60,588 nucleotides of DNA from an uncultured Flavobacteriales bacterium. Its GTDB lineage: Bacteria; Bacteroidota; Bacteroidia; Flavobacteriales_D; CAYVSK01. Positions within the stretch are counted from its first letter, which is position 1. The number at the start of each line of letters is the position of its first letter. The DNA lies in assembly GCA_964489175.1 (NCBI GenBank), contig CAZAYA010000001.1, positions 1-60,588 on the forward strand, in the 5' to 3' direction. The notes under the pieces were generated by a model. That model was not told where the DNA came from. It was given only the letters and a program-made list of their open reading frames with translations, and made no database searches. Shown here piece after piece: positions 8,069 through 17,350 of the stretch. A program made the position numbers and the translations under genes.

Positions 8069-9274
8069 ATGATCGCAACCCAGAAGCTTTCAGACCGCAT
8101 CAACCGGCTTTCGGAATCGGCTACTATTGCCATGTCCAGAAAAAGCCGGGAAATGAAGGAAGCCGGCCATGACATCATCAACCTAAGTCTGGGAGAGCCA
8201 GATTTCGGGACACCCCAGATGATCAGGGAAGCTGCGAAGAAAGCCATCGACGAAGGCTATACACATTACCCGCCTGTAAACGGGTATGGAGACCTGCGGG
8301 AGGCCATTGCCCGAAAATTCGAGCGGGATAACGGCCTCTCCTATGATCCGGACCAGATCGTGGTATCCACCGGCGCCAAACAATCCATCGCCAACATCGT
8401 GCTCAGTCTCGTGAACCCGGGAGACGAGGTGCTTCTCCCCGCCCCCTTCTGGGTCACCTACCACGAGATCATCAAACTTGCCGAAGGGGTACCGGTGGTC
8501 ATTCCCACCACGGTGGACAACGATTTCAAGGTCACACCGGAGCAGGTCGCGGACAATATCACGGAGCGAACCCGCCTCCTCCTTTTCAGCACCCCCTGCA
8601 ACCCCAGCGGTTCGGTCTACTCGCAAGAGGAACTAAAAGACCTGGCCGATCTATTGGCCCGGCATGAGGACATTTTCGTGATCAGCGATGAGATCTATGA
8701 GCTGATCAATTTCACCAGCGAACATCAAAGCATCGCTCAGTTCGACAACATTCGTGACCGAACGGCCATCGTTAACGGCGTCTCCAAAGGATTCGCCATG
8801 ACAGGCTGGCGGATCGGATACATGGCAGGGCCGGAATGGCTCGCCAAAGCCTGCACCAAGCTACAGGGGCAATTCACTTCCGGCGCTTCCTCCATTTCTC
8901 AGATGGCGGCTAAAGCTGCCATCAGTGCTGATCCGACGAGCCTTACTTCCAATATGCGGCAAGCCTTTTTGGAGCGCAGAGACGGCATGATCGAACGATT
9001 GAGCGCCATCGAAGGACTGAAGGTCAACCGTCCGGAAGGGGCCTTTTTCATTTTTCCGGATGCTTCTGCGTTCTTCGGCAAAAAAGCAGGGGACAAGATC
9101 ATCGAAAATGCCACGGACCTCGCCATGCATATTCTCGAAGAAGGGCATGTGTCAGTTGTGACCGGCGAAGCGTTCGGCGACCCCAATTGCATCAGGCTTT
9201 CCTATGCGGCCTCCGAAGAGGAACTGCAAAAAGCCACCGATCGTATCAAACAAGTCCTGGAAGGACTGTCCTGA
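8069..9274 (+). CDS. Class I/II pyridoxal-phosphate-dependent (aspartate-type) aminotransferase
   Basis: 401 aa. PLP-lysine motif SKGFAMTGWRIGY, the N-terminal LSDRINRLSESATIAM typical of AspC-like enzymes, and FSTPCNPSG. Confidence 0.92.
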   Translation: MIATQKLSDRINRLSESATIAMSRKSREMKEAGHDIINLSLGEPDFGTPQMIREAAKKAIDEGYTHYPPVNGYGDLREAIARKFERDNGLSYDPDQIVVSTGAKQSIANIVLSLVNPGDEVLLPAPFWVTYHEIIKLAEGVPVVIPTTVDNDFKVTPEQVADNITERTRLLLFSTPCNPSGSVYSQEELKDLADLLARHEDIFVISDEIYELINFTSEHQSIAQFDNIRDRTAIVNGVSKGFAMTGWRIGYMAGPEWLAKACTKLQGQFTSGASSISQMAAKAAISADPTSLTSNMRQAFLERRDGMIERLSAIEGLKVNRPEGAFFIFPDASAFFGKKAGDKIIENATDLAMHILEEGHVSVVTGEAFGDPNCIRLSYAASEEELQKATDRIKQVLEGLS

Positions 9275-9277
9275 CCG

Positions 9278-10279
9278 TTGGAACCTTTCACCCCGCAAAA
9301 CATGCTCGACCGCTTCAATGACCTGACGGTCCTTATCGTTGGTGATGTGATGATCGATGCTTACCTGTGGGGGAATGTCGACCGTATATCACCCGAAGCA
9401 CCGGTGCCCGTCGTGCACATGACGAGCCGCGAAGACCGGTTGGGTGGGGCCGGGAACGTGGCCCTGAACACCCACGCGCTGGGAGCCTCATCACTCATCT
9501 GCTCCGTGATCAGCGACGATGCCAAAGGAGAAGAATTCATCAGGCTGCTGGAACAGAACGATCTGCCCGACAAAGGCATGGTCCGCTCTCACCATCGCCA
9601 TACCACCGTCAAGACGCGAGTGATCAGTAACGGGCAGCAAATGGTGCGCGTGGACGAAGAGACCACCACCGACCTCCAGCCCGAAGAAGAGCAAACGCTG
9701 CTGGATAAGATCCGGCAGATGACCGAAGAGGAAAAGGTGGACGTGATCATTTTCGAGGACTACAACAAAGGTGTCCTCACCCCCACCGTGATCCGGGAAA
9801 CGATCGCCCTGGCCAACGAAAAGGGGATCCCGACGGCCGTGGACCCGAAATCGAAGAATTTCTTCGCTTACGAGGCCGTTACCCTCTTCAAACCCAATCT
9901 TAAAGAGCTCCGCGAAGGGCTTGGCATGATCATCGACCCGAGCGACGATGATTCCCTGCGAAAAGCCGAAGAAGCCCTCCGTGAAAAGCTTCATCACCAC
10001 ACCACCCTCATCACCCTCTCCTCAGCCGGCATTTATGTTCGCAATGAAAAGGAACACCAACGTATACCGGCTCATATCCGGAATATTTCCGATGTTTCCG
10101 GCGCCGGAGACACCGTGATCAGTGTAGCAGCGCTATGCCTGGCCCTGGGAATACCGGAAAGAACGATGGCCCTGATGGCCAATCTGGCAGGAGGATCGGT
10201 CTGTGAAAAAGTAGGGGTGGTACCGGTAGACAAAGAGCAATTGCTGCGTGAAGCCACATCGCTGAAAGAATTTCGCTGA
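9278..10279 (+). CDS. rfaE: D-glycero-beta-D-manno-heptose-7-phosphate kinase (RfaE/HldE domain I only, PfkB family)
   Basis: VLIVGDVMIDAYLWGNVDRISPEAPVPVV, GGAGNVA and C-terminal DVSGAGDTV motifs match HldE domain I. The tracked start is TTG 9278; ATG 9302 is an alternative. Confidence 0.9.
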   Translation: MEPFTPQNMLDRFNDLTVLIVGDVMIDAYLWGNVDRISPEAPVPVVHMTSREDRLGGAGNVALNTHALGASSLICSVISDDAKGEEFIRLLEQNDLPDKGMVRSHHRHTTVKTRVISNGQQMVRVDEETTTDLQPEEEQTLLDKIRQMTEEEKVDVIIFEDYNKGVLTPTVIRETIALANEKGIPTAVDPKSKNFFAYEAVTLFKPNLKELREGLGMIIDPSDDDSLRKAEEALREKLHHHTTLITLSSAGIYVRNEKEHQRIPAHIRNISDVSGAGDTVISVAALCLALGIPERTMALMANLAGGSVCEKVGVVPVDKEQLLREATSLKEFR

Positions 10280-12108
10280 TGAGCCTGCGCTCCTTCAGAG
10301 AGAAGGTCAACATCCTCCTTTACGACAGCAAGCCCAAAATGCTGCGCTTGCTCAGGTACCTCAACCTGATCATTTCCTTCATCGCGATCGGCACGCTGCT
10401 TTATTTCTATGGGTTCCCACAAAGCCCAATGAGTAAAGCTATTCTCCTGGGCATCATCAAAGCAAGCTTTGTTTTCTACATTTCCCGCTACCTGATCCAA
10501 CTCCTGTACGATTTCCAACCCAAGCAATTCCTGAAGCGATCATGGGTAGAAGCTGTGATCAATGGCCTGCTGATCATCGAAGGGATCAGCTACAATTTCT
10601 TCGGTGACCTGTTGATCACCTCCCTTTTTGTTCGATCGGGACTCAGCCACTTTGCAGATTATTCGGCGATCTTCATCCAGGTCTATTTCCTCTTTGCCGT
10701 ATTGGCCGAACTGACCCGCAGCGGTGGTATCGTCCCGAACATCCGCATCCACCCCTCCAGCCTTTTCCTGATCAGCTTCGCATTGCTAATCATATTCGGA
10801 ACGGGATTATTGATGATGCCGGAGATGACGGTACAAAGGGGCAGCATGGGCTTTGTCAATGCCCTTTTCACTTCCACGAGCGCTAGTTGCGTTACGGGAC
10901 TGATCGTGGTGGACACGGCCACCTTCTTCACCTTCAAGGGCCAAATGGTGATCCTCATGCTCTTCAAGCTTGGCGGACTGAATATTATCGCATTCGGAAC
11001 TTTTTTCGCGATCGGCTCCAAGGTGGGAATAGGCCTTCAACAGCATGAAGTCATTGAAGATTTCGTGAACAAAGACTCGGTACTGAAATCCGAAGGGCTT
11101 CTGAGTAAAGTGATCATCGGTAGCTTGTTGATAGAAGCCATCGGGGCTATCCTTCTTTTCTTCCTCTGGACCAAAGACACGACTTTTAACGGCTCTGGCG
11201 GTAAGTTCTTTCACTCTATCTTCCATTCCATGTCAGCCTTCAACAATGCCGGGTTCTCAACCTTCACTAACGGTCTGAACGAAAGTGGCGTGAAAAACCA
11301 ATACCTCATCCACTCCGTGATCATGGTGCTCATTTTCATCGGTGGATTGGGTTTCATGGCCCTGTTCGACATCTTCGGGATAAGTAAACTCCGGGAACGA
11401 ATGCGATACCCATGGAAACAACTGGAATTCAGCACCAAGATCGCCCTTTATTTTTCCCTCGGCCTGGTGGCATTCGGGGCCGTTTTTTTCTTCCTCCTGG
11501 AATTCAACAATACGATCGCCGGACGATCTACTGCCGAAGCCGTTGTCACTTCCCTGTTCCAGTCGATCACCACCCGAACAGCCGGGTTCAATACGGTCGA
11601 TATCAACTCCTTAGCCTTGCCCATGCTGATCCTGATCATTTTCCTCATGCTGATCGGGGGTTCTTCCAGCTCCACAGCAGGCGGGATCAAAACCTCCTCC
11701 TTCGGGATCATCTGGGCTTCCGCCATCGCGACCATGCGGACCAAGAAGAACGTGGAACTGTTCAAACGAACCATCTCCCAGAACCTTATCCTCAAAGCCT
11801 TCTCCATATTTCTCTTCTCCGTTGTGGGCATCTTCATGGGCGTATTCCTGTTGTCCATTACTGATGCGAACATCCTGCAACAGGGCGATCGTTCCCTGTT
11901 CGACCTGATCTTCGAAGAGGTATCAGCTTTCTCCACAGTAGGGCTCTCCACCGGGATCACTTCCGAATTGTCAGATGCCGGAAAGGTCATTATCATTGTT
12001 TCCATGTACGTAGGAAGGGTAGGAATGCTGACAGTAGCCTTCTTCTTCGGCCGGAAACCCATCAGTACGGATTATAAATACCCTTATGGCTACACGATGA
12101 TCGGTTGA
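10279..12108 (+). CDS. trkH: TrkH/KtrB-family potassium transporter with extended N-terminus
   Basis: Four pore-loop-like motifs (SASCVTGL, SAFNNAGFS, TTRTAGFNTV, SAFSTVGLSTG). 609 aa and multi-TM. The ATG shares 1 nt with the rfaE stop. Confidence 0.88.
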   Translation: MSLRSFREKVNILLYDSKPKMLRLLRYLNLIISFIAIGTLLYFYGFPQSPMSKAILLGIIKASFVFYISRYLIQLLYDFQPKQFLKRSWVEAVINGLLIIEGISYNFFGDLLITSLFVRSGLSHFADYSAIFIQVYFLFAVLAELTRSGGIVPNIRIHPSSLFLISFALLIIFGTGLLMMPEMTVQRGSMGFVNALFTSTSASCVTGLIVVDTATFFTFKGQMVILMLFKLGGLNIIAFGTFFAIGSKVGIGLQQHEVIEDFVNKDSVLKSEGLLSKVIIGSLLIEAIGAILLFFLWTKDTTFNGSGGKFFHSIFHSMSAFNNAGFSTFTNGLNESGVKNQYLIHSVIMVLIFIGGLGFMALFDIFGISKLRERMRYPWKQLEFSTKIALYFSLGLVAFGAVFFFLLEFNNTIAGRSTAEAVVTSLFQSITTRTAGFNTVDINSLALPMLILIIFLMLIGGSSSSTAGGIKTSSFGIIWASAIATMRTKKNVELFKRTISQNLILKAFSIFLFSVVGIFMGVFLLSITDANILQQGDRSLFDLIFEEVSAFSTVGLSTGITSELSDAGKVIIIVSMYVGRVGMLTVAFFFGRKPISTDYKYPYGYTMIG

Positions 12109-12111
12109 GCA

Positions 12112-12840
12112 ATGGCAAAGGAAGAGGTCAAACCCTACGACACCCCTGAAGGGAAAAAAGAACAGGTCGCCCGGATGTTCGATAACATCGCAGCCCGCTA
12201 CGACTTCCTGAACCACTTCTTTTCCCTTGGCATCGACCGTCTCTGGCGTAAAAAAGTGGTGAAAATGCTCCGGAAAGGGCACCCGAACAATGTACTCGAC
12301 ATTGCCACCGGAACCGGGGACCTGGCCATTGCAGCATTGAATGCCGGCCCGGAAAAGGTCATTGGGGTCGACATTTCCAAAGGCATGCTGGCCAAAGGAC
12401 AGGAAAAGATCCAGAAAAAAGGACTTGCCAACCAGGTAGAATTACACTACGGGGACTCAGAAGCCCTTCCCTTCGGGGAAGAACGTTTCGATGCGGTCAC
12501 GGTGGCTTTCGGCGTCCGGAATTTCGGTGACCTGGATCAAGGGCTGCGCGAGATGCACCGGGTGCTGCGGCCAGGAGGGACCGCACTCATTCTGGAGTTC
12601 TCCCATCCCCGCATTTTTCCCATCAAGCAACTCTACAACCTCTATTTCCGGACCATCGTCCCCCTGATCGGTCGCTCCGTATCGAAAGATGATACAGCCT
12701 ACAACTATTTGCCGGCATCGGTAGAGGCTTTTCCAGAAAGGGAGGATCTCTGCGGCATTCTTGAGCAATGCGGATTCCACAGCCCTTCCTTTCGCCCCGT
12801 AACCTTCGGGATCGCAACCATCTACCGGGCTAAGAAATGA
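12112..12840 (+). CDS. ubiE: Demethylmenaquinone/ubiquinone methyltransferase UbiE/MenG
   Basis: YDFLNHFFSLGIDRLWR and SAM-binding DIATGTGD motifs. 242 aa. Confidence 0.95.
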   Translation: MAKEEVKPYDTPEGKKEQVARMFDNIAARYDFLNHFFSLGIDRLWRKKVVKMLRKGHPNNVLDIATGTGDLAIAALNAGPEKVIGVDISKGMLAKGQEKIQKKGLANQVELHYGDSEALPFGEERFDAVTVAFGVRNFGDLDQGLREMHRVLRPGGTALILEFSHPRIFPIKQLYNLYFRTIVPLIGRSVSKDDTAYNYLPASVEAFPEREDLCGILEQCGFHSPSFRPVTFGIATIYRAKK

Positions 12841-12861
12841 TCCTCACCGGGATGCGTTCCT

Positions 12862-12869
12862 TACTTTTG
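12862..12869 (+). promoter_or_regulatory. -7 box TACTTTTG upstream of the PorT-like gene
   Basis: Exact TAnnTTTG match 17 nt upstream of ATG 12887. The tracked GTG start (12869) lies inside the box. Confidence 0.45.
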
Positions 12870-12886
12870 TGCGTATCATCCCTGTC

Positions 12887-13606
12887 ATGAAACCTGTTCT
12901 CCGAACTTTCATTCCTCTCCTGTTGCTATTGCTCCCGCTGACGGGAATGGCTCAGCAAACCAAGGTCCAGAACCTTCCCAACTTCGATCAGCGGCAATAC
13001 CATTTCGGTTTTACCCTGGGCTATAATTCAGCCGACCTGTACATGGATCCCAAAGAGAACCTCGGACAGGTGGATTCCCTGATAGGCGTTCGGAATCAAC
13101 GGAAACCAGGGTTCGATCTCGGCATTGTCTCCTCCCTCCATCTCAACAAGAACATCTCTCTTCGCTTCCTGCCTTCTCTGTCCTTTCAGGACCGGGTACT
13201 GGAATACAGCTTTCTGGAACCAGACTCCAGCATTGAACTCGTCAGCCGCCGGATCGGCTCCACCTTCGTGAATTTTCCGCTGAACGTCAAATTCCGAACA
13301 AACCGCATCAACAACTTCGCCGCTTACATCATCACAGGGGCCAAATACGGCATCGACATGGCCTCTGACGAGGACGTGGACAACCAGGCCAGCAACAAGA
13401 TCATCGTGAAGCTCAAACGGCACGACTACGCGGCCCAGGTAGGCGCCGGGTTCGACTTCTTCATGAAGTACTTCAAGTTCGGTATCGAACTGAAATTATC
13501 GACCGGCCTCCGGGACCTGGTCATCCATGAGGATACCATCTTTTCCCGTCCCATCGAAAGTGGCCGGACCAAACTCTTCCTCCTTTCCCTTACCTTTGAA
13601 GGGTAA
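12887..13606 (+). CDS. PorT-family / OMP_b-brl_2 outer-membrane beta-barrel protein (T9SS-associated family)
   Basis: Signal peptide MKPVLRTFIPLLLLLLPLTGMAQQ, QYHFGFTLGYNSADL start of the barrel and C-terminal ...LLSLTFEG. Sits downstream of ubiE, as is common in Bacteroidota. Family assignment is by eye only. Confidence 0.6.
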   Translation: MKPVLRTFIPLLLLLLPLTGMAQQTKVQNLPNFDQRQYHFGFTLGYNSADLYMDPKENLGQVDSLIGVRNQRKPGFDLGIVSSLHLNKNISLRFLPSLSFQDRVLEYSFLEPDSSIELVSRRIGSTFVNFPLNVKFRTNRINNFAAYIITGAKYGIDMASDEDVDNQASNKIIVKLKRHDYAAQVGAGFDFFMKYFKFGIELKLSTGLRDLVIHEDTIFSRPIESGRTKLFLLSLTFEG

Positions 13607-13616
13607 ACCCCCTGCC

Positions 13617-14102
13617 ATGAAGTACCGCCGCCTGACCCAGGAAGAACTGGAGAACTTCGAGGATGAATTCGTGCAATTCCTCTCCGCCAATACCATCACC
13701 GCCAACGACTGGCAAAAGCTCAAACAGAAGACCCCCGAAAAGGCGGAAGATCTGATCGATATGTTCAGTGACATCGTGATGGAAAAAAGCCTGGAAAAGG
13801 TGCAATACCTGGAACACCGGTCCCGCAACGATGTGAAGTTCTTCGAGTGCGGAGAGGAAAAAATGATCCTTTTCGGCCTCCGCCTGGACCATGAGATCCC
13901 TGTTGACCTCACCGACGATGCTACCATCCGGCAACTGTCCGAAGAGCCTCAGCGACTGGGGGATACCCTGAAGGTCTACCGGGCAGAAAAAGCCTACAAG
14001 GAAGAAAGGAACAAGGAACTGTTCCGCATGCTGGAACAAGGCTGCCGGGTGAGCCGGGAAGATCTGTTCAAGACCGCCCGGGAGCTCCATCAAAAAACGT
14101 GA
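13617..14102 (+). CDS. Conserved hypothetical cytoplasmic protein (resembles Bacteroidota DUF6495-type proteins)
   Basis: 161 aa starting MKYRRLTQEELENFEDEF. The tracked N-terminal extension (13527) overlaps the previous gene and is not needed. Confidence 0.7.
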   Translation: MKYRRLTQEELENFEDEFVQFLSANTITANDWQKLKQKTPEKAEDLIDMFSDIVMEKSLEKVQYLEHRSRNDVKFFECGEEKMILFGLRLDHEIPVDLTDDATIRQLSEEPQRLGDTLKVYRAEKAYKEERNKELFRMLEQGCRVSREDLFKTARELHQKT

Positions 14103-14108
14103 CCCGGC

Positions 14109-15596
14109 ATGCCCTCTCCTTCAGATCCCGGGGCCGCCCTCACCAAATCCACCTTCCTGAGCGGCCGGCAATGTCTTAAAGCCCTTTACCTCAACGTTCA
14201 TCACCCTCAACTTTCCACTCCTCCGAACAAAGCCCAACAAGCCTTGTTCGCCAAAGGACGAACTGTAGAAAACGTCGCCAGATCCCTCTATCCGGGAGGC
14301 ACCGATCTCTCCGGCATTCGGAACAGGGAACAGGCCCTGGCCAAAACCCGGGAAGCACTCAATAACGGAGCAAAGGTGTTGCATGAAGCCACTTTTGCCT
14401 ACCAGGGGGTACTGGTCCGTTGCGACATTCTGGTCCGGGAGGAAGAAGGCTGGAAGCTGCTGGAAGTGAAAAGCGGCGTAAGAACACGGGAAGTACACAC
14501 CTACGACACAGCGGTCCAGTATTACGTACTCAAAGGCAACGGACTTCCTCTGACGGAAACCGGCATTCTCCACCTTAATAAACAATACACCCGCCACGGG
14601 AACCTGGCAACGGGAAAAGCCTTCAAGGTCACTTCGCTGCTCAGGGAAATACAGGAATTGCAACCCACGATCCGCGATGAGGTCGCAGAATTCAAAAAAG
14701 TCTTAGCTGCCAGCAAGGCTCCGGACATTCCGATCGGAACCCATTGTGATTCTCCATATTCCTGCCGTTTCAAGGAACATTGCTGGAAAGAGGTCCCGGA
14801 AGGATCGGTATTGGAATTGTCCGGCATGCCGAACGAACGCAAGTTCGAACTCTATTCCGGCGGGCATCCTTTTATCACGGATCTTCCGGAAGACCTCCTG
14901 AACAAAGAAGAACAACGGATCCAGCAATGGGCTTACCGGAACAGGAAGGCTCATATCGACCGCGAGGCGCTCCGGGCATTCCTCGGCCGGTTGGCCTGGC
15001 CCCTCTTTTTTTTCGATATCGAATGCTTCCAGCCTGCTCTGCCCTTGTTCGATGACACCCACCCTTACCAGCAGATCCCTTTTCAATTCTCCCTCCACGT
15101 TCAACGATCGCCAGGAGAGGAACCGACCCACCACGAATTCCTGGCCGAACCGGAAGGAGACCCACGGCCAGCCTTCCTGGAAGCCCTGGAAAAATTGGCC
15201 GGAACAGAAGGTAGCGTTCTTGTCTACAACATCGCTTTCGAGCGCCGCATCATGCAGCAGACCATCCGTGCCTTTCCCGAGCATGAACCCTGGGCACGGC
15301 CGTTCCTGGATAGCCTGACCGACCTGATGGAAGTCTTTGCAAAACGGGTCTATTACCACCCGGCCATGAAAAATTCCCACTCCCTGAAAGCTGTTCTGCC
15401 AGCCCTCACCCCCGACCTCGATCATGAAGACCTGGACGTACAAAGCGGAGCCGAGGCCAGCACTCTTTACGAGCAAGCTTTTTTGGATCCGAGCACGGAA
15501 CTTCACCCGGAAACCCGGGAGCATTTGCTCCATTACTGTGGGATGGACACTTATGCCCTGGTGAGGATCCTGGATGTTCTATGGAATGAACCGTGA
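14109..15596 (+). CDS. DUF2779-type two-nuclease fusion: Cas4/RecB-like PD-(D/E)xK Fe-S nuclease + DnaQ-like DEDDh exonuclease
   Basis: N-half: one early Cys (SGRQCLKA) plus CDSPYSCRFKEHC, and D...E-x-K (CDILV...LLEVKSG). C-half: FFFDIECF (Exo I), VLVYNIAFERR (Exo II-like), HYCGMDTYAL (H-x4-D, Exo III). Confidence 0.75.
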   Translation: MPSPSDPGAALTKSTFLSGRQCLKALYLNVHHPQLSTPPNKAQQALFAKGRTVENVARSLYPGGTDLSGIRNREQALAKTREALNNGAKVLHEATFAYQGVLVRCDILVREEEGWKLLEVKSGVRTREVHTYDTAVQYYVLKGNGLPLTETGILHLNKQYTRHGNLATGKAFKVTSLLREIQELQPTIRDEVAEFKKVLAASKAPDIPIGTHCDSPYSCRFKEHCWKEVPEGSVLELSGMPNERKFELYSGGHPFITDLPEDLLNKEEQRIQQWAYRNRKAHIDREALRAFLGRLAWPLFFFDIECFQPALPLFDDTHPYQQIPFQFSLHVQRSPGEEPTHHEFLAEPEGDPRPAFLEALEKLAGTEGSVLVYNIAFERRIMQQTIRAFPEHEPWARPFLDSLTDLMEVFAKRVYYHPAMKNSHSLKAVLPALTPDLDHEDLDVQSGAEASTLYEQAFLDPSTELHPETREHLLHYCGMDTYALVRILDVLWNEP

Positions 15597-15630
15597 GAAG
15601 GCCTGTCAATTTCCGGACACAAGTCTGCGA

Positions 15631-15666
15631 TTCCTCCTCCCTCCTTACTCCTGCCTCCTCACTCTT
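15631..15666 (-). repeat. Pyrimidine-rich CTCC/CTTAC tract of the same family as 7939-7985
   Basis: TTCCTCCTCCCTCCTTACTCCTGCCTCCTCACTCTT contains CTCCTTAC (15641-15648) and CCTCCTTA (15640-15647). It sits immediately upstream of the bshC -7 box. Confidence 0.5.
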
Positions 15667-15669
15667 TGC

Positions 15670-15677
15670 TACTTTTG
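15670..15677 (+). promoter_or_regulatory. -7 box TACTTTTG for bshC
   Basis: Exact TAnnTTTG match 9 nt upstream of ATG 15687. The tracked TTG start (15666) lies upstream of the box. Confidence 0.5.
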
Positions 15678-15686
15678 TCCCACTTC

Positions 15687-17288
15687 ATGGAAGCTTCCTA
15701 CCTGCACTATGCCCGGACAGGGCTACTCAACCCGCTCATCACAGCTTTGTTGAGCGAACAACGTCCTATCGCCGGCTACTCCCATCCCTATTCCCTCCAG
15801 GCCGTCCTTGACCATCAGCCTAAAGGGCCGGACATCAGGGAAAGGCAATTGCTGCAGCAAAAGCTCCGGGAACAGTATGAACGCTCCGGGATCCTGGAAA
15901 AAGAAGGAGAAGCCACTTATGAGAATATCCGGAAGCTGGACGAGGAAAACACTTTCACGGTCACGACCGGCCACCAATTGTGCCTGTTCACAGGTCCTTT
16001 GTTCTTTCCCTACAAGATCCTTTCAACGATCCGCCTGGCGGAAGAGCTGAACCAAAAGGCCGGGGACAGTCATTACGTACCCGTTTTCTGGATGGCCAGC
16101 GAGGATCATGACTTCGAGGAGGCATCCGGAGCAAAGGTATTCCAGCAAACCCTCAGATGGGAAACCGATCAACAAGGAGCTGTAGGCCGGATGGACCCCT
16201 CGGGCATTGAAAAGACGATCGGCGAACTCGAAGAGCTCCTCTCCAACGGGGAGCGGGACCAGGAACTCCTGTCCCTTTTCCGGAAAGCCTACCTGGAACA
16301 CGATACGATGGCCGATGCCACCCGCTTCATCGTTCACCGGCTTTTAGGACACCACGGACTGGTGGTCCTCGATGCTGATGACCCGGAATTAAAAGCATTG
16401 TTCCAGGAAACCATGAAAGCGGAACTGACCGAACACCTTTCTTTCAAAGCCGTGGAAGCGACCACCGGGGAATTACAGGAGGCAGGATATGAAAGACAGG
16501 TCACACCGCGGGAGATCAACCTCTTTTACCTGGAATCCGGCCACCGGGAAAGGATCGTCCAGGAAGGACAGGAATACCAGGTCCTGAACCGCGACCTGCG
16601 ATTCACCCGTGAAGAATTGTTGCAGGAGCTGACGGATCACCCTGAACGGTTCAGCCCTAACGTGGTACTCCGCCCCCTCTACCAGGAAAGGATACTACCC
16701 AATGCCGCTTACATCGGGGGAGGCGGAGAACTTTCCTACTGGTTGCAACTCACCGGGGTTTTTAGAAAACTCAATACCCCCATGCCAGTGTTGGCCCTCC
16801 GCAATTCTGCTCTATTGCTCGACCGGACCATGAGCAAGAAGATGGAAAAATGCGGCCTGTCCTCCGAAGAATTCTTCCGGGACCTTCACGAGGTCATCAA
16901 AACCCGGGTTACGGAAGGTGCCAATGAGGAACTCGACCTGGAAGAGGAGAAGCAAGCCATGGAAAAAGTCTACCAGAAGGTGAAAGCCAAGGCGGTCTCC
17001 CTGGACCCTTCGCTTGAAAAGAAAGTAAAAGGGCAACTGCAAAAGCAGCTGAATACGCTGGAAGAGCTGGAAAAAAGGCTGATCAAAGCTGAAAAGGATC
17101 GCCAGGAAACGAAGGTGAAGCAGATCGAAGGGCTTTTCAACAAAGCTTTCCCCGACCAAACTCCTCAGGAAAGAGCAGAGAACTTCACCCCCTTCTACCT
17201 CCGCTACGGAGCAACCTTGTTCCGGGAGCTCCACGGGAATTTTATTCCGATGGACGACCGGCTTCTCATCCTCCGGGATGAAGGATAA
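15687..17288 (+). CDS. bshC: Bacillithiol biosynthesis cysteine-adding enzyme BshC
   Basis: About 533 aa. N-terminal [12 protein letters not shown]..., the conserved [23 protein letters not shown] block, [14 protein letters not shown] and a C-terminal coiled-coil region, as in BshC. Confidence 0.9.
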   Translation: MEASYLHYARTGLLNPLITALLSEQRPIAGYSHPYSLQAVLDHQPKGPDIRERQLLQQKLREQYERSGILEKEGEATYENIRKLDEENTFTVTTGHQLCLFTGPLFFPYKILSTIRLAEELNQKAGDSHYVPVFWMASEDHDFEEASGAKVFQQTLRWETDQQGAVGRMDPSGIEKTIGELEELLSNGERDQELLSLFRKAYLEHDTMADATRFIVHRLLGHHGLVVLDADDPELKALFQETMKAELTEHLSFKAVEATTGELQEAGYERQVTPREINLFYLESGHRERIVQEGQEYQVLNRDLRFTREELLQELTDHPERFSPNVVLRPLYQERILPNAAYIGGGGELSYWLQLTGVFRKLNTPMPVLALRNSALLLDRTMSKKMEKCGLSSEEFFRDLHEVIKTRVTEGANEELDLEEEKQAMEKVYQKVKAKAVSLDPSLEKKVKGQLQKQLNTLEELEKRLIKAEKDRQETKVKQIEGLFNKAFPDQTPQERAENFTPFYLRYGATLFRELHGNFIPMDDRLLILRDEG

Positions 17289-17339
17289 GCCGTGGAAAAA
17301 AACCTGGGCGACCCTACCCCGCTTCCTTTCCCATCGTTG

Positions 17340-17347
17340 TATCTTTG
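17340..17347 (+). promoter_or_regulatory. -7 box TATCTTTG for guaA
   Basis: Exact TAnnTTTG match 3 nt upstream of ATG 17351. The tracked TTG start 17345 lies inside the box. Confidence 0.5.
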
Positions 17348-17350
17348 GAC

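Noticed and set aside
14109-15596. DUF2779 nuclease as part of a phage-defence island
   Set aside because: There are no neighbouring defence-type genes (no methylase, ATPase/helicase, TIR, Sir2, RT, toxin-antitoxin or integrase). It is embedded in a housekeeping gene string with no compositional break that I can see.
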